64,000 bases of DNA, from positions 59,498-123,497 of the IMG/VR virus record IMGVR_UViG_3300023184_000045; one strand, 5' to 3'. The translations under genes were made by a program, and so were the position numbers. This document shows positions 49,141-58,900 of this stretch, one piece after another. This stretch comes from a virus. Numbering within the stretch: position 1 is the stretch's first letter; the number at the start of each line of letters is the position of its first letter. The notes under the pieces are model-generated. The model was not told the DNA's origin. It saw only the letters and a list, made by a program, of their open reading frames with translations, and did no database searches.

Positions 49141-52100
49141 GTGACTTTACCAATTTGGACTACAAATCCCAATACTCCATTATCATTGGGTAGCATACAA
49201 ACTGAATTTACTGGGGTAAACCCTATACGTCTCAGTGAGTACTATGCTACTCCGTCGGGATACGTTACTCCTGACAGGCAAGGGTATCCGTATGGAGTAG
49301 AAACTGCTATTCCGCTATTGGGAACACCACTATCGATTAGTAATTTTTACGGTGCTAGTGCAATTCCTTACGCCATCTACCCGGACAAATACATCTATAA
49401 CGAAGGCGAAGTTGTTGTCTTTACTGTTACTGCTCCGGAACCCGACGGAAATGTTTTATATTGGACAATTGAGCCAGTATATGGTTCAACTTTTGGTCAA
49501 GCAAATATCATTATTTCGCCTTTATCCTTGCCCACTGGTGGCCTAAATGCAGCATACAATCAAACTATTACTGCCACCGGCGGCATTGGTTCGTATACTT
49601 ACACATACACCAGAGGTGCTTTGCCAGCTGGGCTAACTTTGTTTAGCGGCAATGGTAGAATTGCAGGAACTCCAACGGCTGCTGGTAGCACAGTATTTTT
49701 AGTAAATGTTACAGACAGCGAGCTTAATTCAAATGTAAAAATATACACTATAGAAATAACTAATGTTGTTATTAGTCTATCGCCGGGTACCTTAGCACAA
49801 GGTTACAAGAACGTTCCGTTTACACGAACAATCACAGCAGCAGGTGGAACTTCGCCGTATGTTTTCTCAAATATTGGAAACTTGCCCGACGGTGTAACAT
49901 TAACATCAGCTACTGATACAACTGCAACGCTAGCTGGTACAACTACTAATGGCACTTATACATTTACAATTAAAGCAACTGATGCCAATAACAATTTTGG
50001 TAATGTAACATATGCATTAACAATAAACGACGTTGGTGTTACAGTTGATCCTGCAACCTTATCATCGGGTACTGTTAATATACCGTATAGCCAAGTGCTA
50101 ACAGCTACGTCTACCAATGGATCTGGACCTTACATATTCACTCTTGACGGCGGCACTACATTGCCAACTGGACTAACACTAACAGCAAACACAGGACTAC
50201 TTGGCGGAACTCCAACTGTATCTGGAACAACATCATTTACAGTTAAAGCAACAGATTCAAATAACAACTATGGCACACGACAATACTCGTTAACCATTGG
50301 TTCTGTAACTATTGCATTGTCACCGTTTACCTTGCCGGCAGCATATAGAAATGTAGCATATACACCTTTAACTTTTACAGTGTCTGGCAGCGGATCACCA
50401 CCGTTTACGTACAGCATAATATCTGGCTCGTTACCAGCTGGTATGACGTTAACTTCAAACGGCGTATTGTCTGGCACTCCATCGGCCACTGGTAGCTTCC
50501 CTGTAACTGTACGAGCACAAGATTATTATACAAACAATGGAGTTAGGGCCTATACCTTAGTGGTGGGAACGATTTCAATTGGATTTATTCCAGCATCAAT
50601 GCCCGCTGCAACTGCAAGAGTTGACTACACCCAGGCAATATTAGCCAGTGGCGGGACTGCACCTTACTCGTTTGCTATAACCAGTGGTAGTTTACCCAGT
50701 GGTTTTTCAATGGGACCAACTGGTATAATAACTGGTTCATCAAATGTACCCGTTGTTAGCAACAGTTTCACAGTAACTGTAACAGACGCTAACGGTAACA
50801 CAGCTGATAAAATTTATTCATTGTTAGTCAATGCAGTTTATATTACTATTACTCCAACAACCTTGCCCGATGGTGTCAAAACCGTAGCATATAGTCAAGC
50901 CCTTACTTCAGCTAACGGAACTGGTAATCCAGTGGTATATACTTACTCAGTTACCGCAGGGTCGTTGCCACCTGGCTTATCATTATCGTCAGGTGGCCAA
51001 TTATCTGGTACCCCAACTGTTATTGGCGGCCCGTATAGCTTCACGGTTACATCAACCGATGCAAATTTAAACTCTGGCACAAGAGCATACTCTATTGCTG
51101 TTTCTACAGACCAATGGGTAGTAGATTTAACTAGTTATAGCCTTGGATCGGCAGGCCCGGCACCGTTTGCTGCTGATGAAAATACATCACTGACATTTAC
51201 AATCACATCACCAAAAACATTAGCAGATGGTGTAGCTTCGCAATTGAGAATTATTGGACCAAAGACAACCGACGGAAGCGATGTGATATACGAAACTATT
51301 GACACGATTCGTGGTGCATACACTTACGACAATGGATTCACACAAGAATACAACATTACAGGATCTGCACTTACACTAGCAAAATGGATTGGTGCTCATT
51401 TATACAGATCAAATGAAACATTCACTGGATTGACAATTAATACAATAACATCGCAAACACGATACGGATTGTATAGAAAACCAGACGCTATGGGACTTGC
51501 ATTTTGGACATTAAAAGCCGTTGCAATGGGATGGGCTGCTGCTAGTACGGCATTGGTTTCTGCATTTATGGAAGCCTCTGAATTGGTAGGTAATAACCCC
51601 AGTAACCCGCTCCTTGACGGAACTAGATGTTTAACTTCTAGTAAAACATTTGTGTCTACAGGCGGCACAGACTTTTATGACAGAGCCGACCATACAGGCA
51701 ACACCGGAATAGCAACTGTAAACATACTGGCAGACAATCTATTAGAAGGCGAAGAATCCTTTGCGGTTGCTGTTTATTATAACAATGCTTTAGTGGCCAA
51801 TTGGGGAAGGGTAGTAGTCAACGATACATCTACACCGCCACCGGCTAACATTTATATGAGCGGTGTTGCTACTACTGCACAAAGAGGCACGATATACACT
51901 GATCAAATAATTTTGTCTGGCACAGGCACTTCACCGTTTTTGTTTAGTAAAACTGGAGGGACTCTGCCACCTGGGTTAACTTTGGGAACAGCCGACGGAA
52001 CATTGTATGGCAGACCGACTTCAATTGGTGTATTTGCTTTTACTATCCAGGTTAGAGATAACAATAACTACTATACACAAACACAATACACTATAACTGT

Positions 52101-52905
52101 TAGTGCAGCAACTATTACTGTGTCACCAAGTTCATTGCCAGCCGGTACTGCACTGTCGGTGTATAGTCAACAACTATCAGCCAGTGGCGGGGTAGGAACT
52201 TATGTTTACAGTTTATTGTCAGGCTCGTGGCCAGCTGGTGTTTCAATGTCCGGAAGCGGCCTGATATCAGGGACAATTGGGTCAACGGCAATTAGCCAAA
52301 CTCCTACAGTTAGGGTGACCGATTCGTATAGTAACACCGGTGATAAACAATATGTGTTTACAGTAAATCAATACTCTTCACCACCGCCTGTGTCACCACC
52401 GCCTGTGTCACCACCCCCGGTAACGCCACCACCTCCTGCCTATGTACCACAAAACAATTTAACTATTATTTTAACTGGGTCTGGGCAAGGATACTACGAC
52501 ATGTATACTGATAGTTTAGGTAGAACAGTTTACTATTACGATAAGTCAAATACACTGCGTGTAGGAAAGTTCTCTGTGCTTGGTCGCTTAGAAGCTACAG
52601 CTTATGTAGCAAACCCGCCAAGTGAAATTACTTGGTCTATTGCGTTTGGATCACTGCCACCTGGTATGAGTTTAGTTCCGGCTGGGTACGGATTGCTTTC
52701 AATACAAGGCACTCCTACGATAACTACATATTGCCAATACAATGGCTGCTCACCATTTAGTGCAATTTATAATCCAATGGATCATTGGGGCGGACAGGGC
52801 AATGCAGGTGTGCCGTTTACGCTTAAAGCCACTGCTGCAAACGGAGACTATGGAATTACATATTGCGCAGCCTTTGTGTATACATTTGACGGATTCCTCA
52901 CTTAA
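49141..52905 (+). CDS. Ig-repeat (putative Ig/He_PIG) fibre or adhesin with a Calx-beta-like domain and Pro-rich hinge
   Basis: Repeated I.P.TLP.G.....Y.Q...A.GG..PY.F....G.LP.GL.L...G..SGTPT units. N-terminal LSLGSIQTEF.G.NPIRLSEYY adaptor-type segment; PPPV hinge at about 52378-52440. Confidence 0.8.
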   Translation: MTLPIWTTNPNTPLSLGSIQTEFTGVNPIRLSEYYATPSGYVTPDRQGYPYGVETAIPLLGTPLSISNFYGASAIPYAIYPDKYIYNEGEVVVFTVTAPEPDGNVLYWTIEPVYGSTFGQANIIISPLSLPTGGLNAAYNQTITATGGIGSYTYTYTRGALPAGLTLFSGNGRIAGTPTAAGSTVFLVNVTDSELNSNVKIYTIEITNVVISLSPGTLAQGYKNVPFTRTITAAGGTSPYVFSNIGNLPDGVTLTSATDTTATLAGTTTNGTYTFTIKATDANNNFGNVTYALTINDVGVTVDPATLSSGTVNIPYSQVLTATSTNGSGPYIFTLDGGTTLPTGLTLTANTGLLGGTPTVSGTTSFTVKATDSNNNYGTRQYSLTIGSVTIALSPFTLPAAYRNVAYTPLTFTVSGSGSPPFTYSIISGSLPAGMTLTSNGVLSGTPSATGSFPVTVRAQDYYTNNGVRAYTLVVGTISIGFIPASMPAATARVDYTQAILASGGTAPYSFAITSGSLPSGFSMGPTGIITGSSNVPVVSNSFTVTVTDANGNTADKIYSLLVNAVYITITPTTLPDGVKTVAYSQALTSANGTGNPVVYTYSVTAGSLPPGLSLSSGGQLSGTPTVIGGPYSFTVTSTDANLNSGTRAYSIAVSTDQWVVDLTSYSLGSAGPAPFAADENTSLTFTITSPKTLADGVASQLRIIGPKTTDGSDVIYETIDTIRGAYTYDNGFTQEYNITGSALTLAKWIGAHLYRSNETFTGLTINTITSQTRYGLYRKPDAMGLAFWTLKAVAMGWAAASTALVSAFMEASELVGNNPSNPLLDGTRCLTSSKTFVSTGGTDFYDRADHTGNTGIATVNILADNLLEGEESFAVAVYYNNALVANWGRVVVNDTSTPPPANIYMSGVATTAQRGTIYTDQIILSGTGTSPFLFSKTGGTLPPGLTLGTADGTLYGRPTSIGVFAFTIQVRDNNNYYTQTQYTITVSAATITVSPSSLPAGTALSVYSQQLSASGGVGTYVYSLLSGSWPAGVSMSGSGLISGTIGSTAISQTPTVRVTDSYSNTGDKQYVFTVNQYSSPPPVSPPPVSPPPVTPPPPAYVPQNNLTIILTGSGQGYYDMYTDSLGRTVYYYDKSNTLRVGKFSVLGRLEATAYVANPPSEITWSIAFGSLPPGMSLVPAGYGLLSIQGTPTITTYCQYNGCSPFSAIYNPMDHWGGQGNAGVPFTLKATAANGDYGITYCAAFVYTFDGFLT

Positions 52906-52924
52906 TTAAAGTATAAGTATTACT

Positions 52925-55900
52925 ATGCCAATAACACAATCAGATTTTACCCCTAGCACGCTAACAGGGACTGTAACATTAGCAATTAAAACTGCTACAT
53001 TTACCAAAACTGTAACAGCAGATCAGCTGGCTGAAGGTAATGAAAAATTTGTCGCTAAATTAAGAAAAGACAGTACGTCTGGCACGGTAGTGGCTACATC
53101 AAATGTAGTCAGAATAAACGATACTAGCCAAGGCGGCGAAACTGTTCAGATTAGTCCTATAGCACTTCCTGTAGTTGGAAATAAATTAATCAGACTTACT
53201 TCGTATTCGCAACAACTAACAGCCACTGGCGGCGTTCCTGGTACCTATATATTTACATACTCGGGCACTTTGCCACCCGGAATATCAATGTCATCGTCGG
53301 GCTTGTTGTCTGGCACTCCTACTACCATTGGCGGCCCTTACAACTTTACGGTAACTGCAACTGATGCCAACACAGATTTTGGAGTACAACTTTATAGTGT
53401 TAACGTTGAGGGGCCCGGAATCTACTTAACACCTAGTACGTTGCCAAATGGATCACAAAATATTGACTACAAAACTTTAGCTGGTAATCCTTTAATTTTT
53501 TCTGCAACTGGCGGCGCTGCTCCTTATACATTTGATGTTACGCAAGGATTTTTGCCAGACGGGTTAACAATAAGTCCCAATGGGTTACTGTCAGGTAGAC
53601 CAACTGCTGCTGGATCAACAGCATTTAAAATTACAGCAACTGATGCAAATGGTAACACAGGAAGCCAAACGTATACACTAGTGATAGTTGCTGTTCCAAT
53701 TACTATTTCGCCTAGTTCATTAAATAGTGCTGCTAAACGTGTAGCCTATAGTCAACAGTTAACTGCTAGTTCTAGTAAAACAACTACTTATACATATACA
53801 CTGTCTGCTGGAACATTGCCAACAGGCTTAGCATTGTCGTCTAGCGGCTTAATATCTGGCACAACAGTCGAACTTGGTAGCAAAACATTTACAGTTAAAG
53901 CTACAGATGCTGATGGAAGTTTTGGCACCAGACAATATACATTGTCTGTTAGTGATGTTTTTATTTTTATATCTCTTACTTCAGGCGGCACCAGCACTTC
54001 ACTTACTGTTGCCAACAGATCGCCATACTCGGACACGTTCCAAGCAGCCGGCGGTGGTGGCCCTTACACCTGGTCGTACACCAATGGTACATTACCACCT
54101 GGCCTTATATTGAATACTCAAAGCGGAGTACTAAGCGGATCACCAACTTCTGTTGGAACATACAATTTTTCAATTGTTGCAACGGATAGTGCTCAAAATT
54201 CTGGTATTAAGAATTATACATATACTATATCCTCAGTTGGAATAGTATTAAGCCCGTCGACATTGTCGCAGGCTACAGTAAATGTGGCTTACTCACAAGC
54301 CTTGTCTGCTACTGGTGGAACTTCGCCGTACTCATTTACAGTTACAACTGGCACATTACCAACAGGTATTACATTGTCGTCGGGCGGCACTTTGTCTGGC
54401 ACCTGTGGAATTTCAATTGAAAGAACATTTACAGTTACAGCTACTGACGCCAACGGCAACACTGGCACACAGCAGTACACTCTTGAAGTAGCATACCAAA
54501 GTTGGAACATAGATTTAATTAGCGTAAACGGTGGCATAATACCCGACTACCAAGTTTTTACAAATTCAACTAATCCAAATAATGCAACAGCAATTAACGA
54601 AGGTGAGTACGTTATGTACTTTACCGTTGTTGCAAAAAATGCAACTAATCTTGATACATTATATTGGAATCTATCACCTGCCCCTGGCCAAACTAAAATT
54701 GTTAATGCAGGAGATTTTACATTACCGTCGGGCTCAGGTATAGTGCCTGGTGTTGTTCCGTATGACTGGGGCGATTATGCCACTGAGTTTAATAGAACTG
54801 GAACACCATTGGCTATTGCTAAATGGATTGCCGGTAATGTATATGTATCAAATAGTGCTTTTACAACCAGTAGCGGAACACGGTACGGCATTCTCAGAAA
54901 GCCCGATGCCAATGGGCTTGACTATTGGGTTAGTCAAGTAATTAGTAATAGTTGGTACGTCAGTAATGCATGTACTATAGGATTCTTAGACGCATTTTTT
55001 GCAAGTGTGGCTGCAACGTCAGAAGCGTCGCGGGCGCTAACCAATGTTAAGACTCCTATTACAACAGGTGGCCTATACTTCTATGATAGACAGTATGCTC
55101 CGCCGTATACATTTGACTATGGGTTTAGTCAAGAGTTTAACATGACTGGCGCTGATTTAGTATTAGCAAAATGGATTGGTAATAATTTATATTTGTCAAA
55201 TTCTACATTTACAGGTGTAAACGTAAATGGAACCACTGGCCAGACACGTTACGGTCTGTTTAGAAAACCCGACACTGTTGGTGTTTTGTACTGGACATTA
55301 CGTGCTAAAGAATTAGGTTATAGTCAAAACGATACTAGATTGATCAATCTGTTTTTTACTTCTATTAATCTAACCGGCGGAGATGGTGAAACCAGAGCAA
55401 CATCTAGTAGCAAGTCGTTCTTAGTTGAAGGTGGATCTACTTTTACAGATAGAGAAACATGGTCTGGTATTTCAGTCTACGGAGAGACTGATTTTATACG
55501 TGAATTTAATTTACCCGTAGATAGAATTACACTAGCCGAGTGGATCACATCGCAGCTTTACGGATCAAACAATGCATTTACTACCACTGGCGGTACAAGA
55601 TACGGGTTGAATAGAAAATCAGGTGTTGTTGATCTAAACTACTGGGTTACTACAGCAACTTCACAAGGATGGGCTGCTGCATCACCTGCATTAATAAATG
55701 CATTCTTTAATGCTGTACAAGGTGACGACTTACCAAGATCACAAACTAATCAAAAGGAATTTTTGGAAGACAGCCTGACGTCGGGATCGGTGTTTAATGA
55801 TCGGCCAGACCAATTGGCTGGTAGTGTAGTTATATACGATCCTTATACATATACCAATGGATATCAACAAGAGTTTGGCAGAACACAAGGCGAAACTGAC

Positions 55901-58900
55901 TTTGCTACTTACATCGGCGAGACATTATACGCATCAAACACACAATTTACTGGCTTGACCATTGGCGGTCAAACTAATCAGACACGTTACGGGTTAAATA
56001 GAAAACCTGACCTAATAGGACTTAACTATTGGGTTAACTATGCTATCACTAATAATCTAGTTACCATTGATGACAGTGGCAGTCCTACTTACGTACTCAC
56101 TGGACGTACTGCATTACTTAATGCATTTTTTACTGCTGTTAGTAGCATTGATCCTAGTAGGTCTTTATTAGCCGATAAACCATTTATTGAAGGCACAGCA
56201 CCCGGCACTAAATTTTATGATCGCCCGGACAAATCTGGCTCACTTAATTTTGGCGCAATAGCAGACCAATTAACCGAAGGTCCAGAATATTTCATACTAC
56301 AAGTTAGAACTGGTAGTACTGCTGGTCCAGTTGTGGCAACTAGCGATACAGTGGCTATTGTTGATACTAGTACTGCGACAGGTAATACATTTGGCGGCGG
56401 CGGAACAGGATTAACAAACTACACAGCAATTGTTAACGAAGGTGATACATTAAATTTCCAAATTTGGGCCCCTGGCACTATTCCTGTTACTACATTAACA
56501 ACCGGAGGCAATGTACAGCTGGCAATTGTTCAAACTAAGAATGTTGATGCTACTGACTTTGTTGGCAATGTAGAACTTGTAACAGCCACCGCTGTTAGTG
56601 GACGCACCTGGACTGCATCAATTACGGCCAAAGCTGACAACAAGACCGAAGGATTTGAATACTTTACTGCTGCTGCAAATTGGGGATCCAATTTGGCAAT
56701 AGTCACTGCTCCTGGCACTGTTGGAATACGTGACACATCAACGGGTTCGTCCTTTAAAATTTCTACTCAACCAACAAGCATCACCGAAGGTGATATTGGT
56801 ACATTTACAGTTGACGCCATTGCTCCCGACGGTACATTGGTATATTGGAAAATTAATCATATATCAACTAACAATTCGGATTTTGTTCAAGCATCGACTC
56901 GTTGGGAAGTTATATATGCTTTTGCTAATAATTTAACGGCACCTGTGTCGGTTGGTAACGACACAGGGCAATTTACAGAAGATACTTTGTCATATTGGAT
57001 GACAGTCGGACTTACATCTGGAACAGGATTTGATTCACGTATTGCTGCTCTCAGATCAGCCAATTCTGGCGCGGCAGCAGCCTGGGATGCAGCACGAGCA
57101 TTGGACGCGGTACAGTCAAACGGTACAGGTTGGTCTGCAACAACCGTGGGCGCCCCTGTAATTAATTCTAGAGCTAAGGTGTTAAAAGCCTACTACGATA
57201 ATCTAGAAGCAAAATTATTCCCAGACGAGAACAGCATCAGATATTGGATGTGTCATAGTATGGGCACTAATAATGCTACGTTTAACTCAACAGTTACTTC
57301 AGCAAACGACTCTGACCCTGGCGGCTATCTAGCCGCATTGACAGAACGTGCTCAATATTATCCACGTGCAACTCGTCCTGAAGTACTTTATGCTTATGCA
57401 GCTAATACAAAAACTGAATTGTTTCCGGTAGAAACAACCATTCAATACTGGATGGTTCACGGACTAGCAGGCTTCAATGATTTTGTTGAATGGTATAGAA
57501 ATCAAAATCCATCGTATGCATCATCATGGGATGCTGCTCGTAGTGCCGACCTATTAGGTACAACCGGATCGCCAATACTTGCACTAAGATCTGATGTAGT
57601 AAGAGCTTATCAGGATAATCCAGATGCAACAATTTATCCTACAAACGCTCAGATTAGATATTATATGACCATTGGGCTTGCTAGTTTTGCCAGTGATATA
57701 CAAATTTATAAGAGTGGGTCGCCGGTAACATGGGCTAGTGAAAATGCAGCACGAACTGCATTGGCCACCTTTGCAGGCCAGGCATGCACTGGCTCGGCTA
57801 TTATTAATAACAATACTGCTAATTTCTCTATTAGAGCCAGAAAAGATTTACTAACCGAAGGCAATTTGCGATTTACAGTTAGCATTAGCAAAACTGCAGG
57901 CGGAACGGCACAATTTACATCGTCTGAAATTAGTGTAATTGACAGCAGCACTTCTTTGTCATCTACAGTACCATTTGATGCAACAGGTTACACCTATGGA
58001 ATAAATTATACTCAAAGTGGTGTAATATATCTGGCTAGCGGATATGGATATCCATTGATATACAATCAAGCAGCGGTTACCGGACAACTGGCATTAACTT
58101 ACGCTATTAGCAATGGTGTACCTGCTGTAACATTAGGAGGATCATCTGCACCAAGGGTGAGCTTTACAGTTACAAATAGTTCGGGCGACACTGCCTACTA
58201 TCAAGTAATAGTTGAATACTTTGCACGTTCGCACATGGAGATTCTCCACACCCTGTCAGACAGCAATGGTATATTAGCATCAGGTAGTATGGAGTATCAT
58301 AGAGATACTGGCCTTTCCGGCAGTGGCCAAGACATTGATAGAAATGGCTATTGGACTTACGAGCTTGTATGGACACTAATAGTAGAGCCCGGTACCGGTA
58401 CATATTATGTTGGTATGTCATCTGTAAATAGTTATTCGCCAAACTACCCAGCTAAAACAACAGGTAACCCTGCTTATGAATTTGTTGATCCATCTGGCGT
58501 TAGAAAAGTAACAGTAAATCCATTGGTGTATACATATCCGGTTGGATATGGTTTCCAAACATGTTTTGTTTATGGATATACGGACAAACCTAGCTACCAC
58601 GACCAGATAGATGAAGGTGCATATACAGCGGCTTTCCAAATACACACTAGTAACATTCCGGCATCAACTGTTTTGTATTGGAACATATACTCTGCACAAA
58701 CATTGTCTGCTACTACAGCAGATACACCAGTAGCAGCAGATTTTACATCTGCTGTAACATCCGGAACGGTTGTTGTACAAAATAATTATGCACGAGTTGA
58801 CTTTACCGCGGTTGCAGATCAAATAACAGAAGGACACGAGTTCTTTGTACTACAAGTTAGACGTGGCAGCAACACAGGTCCTATATATGCTACCAGCAAC

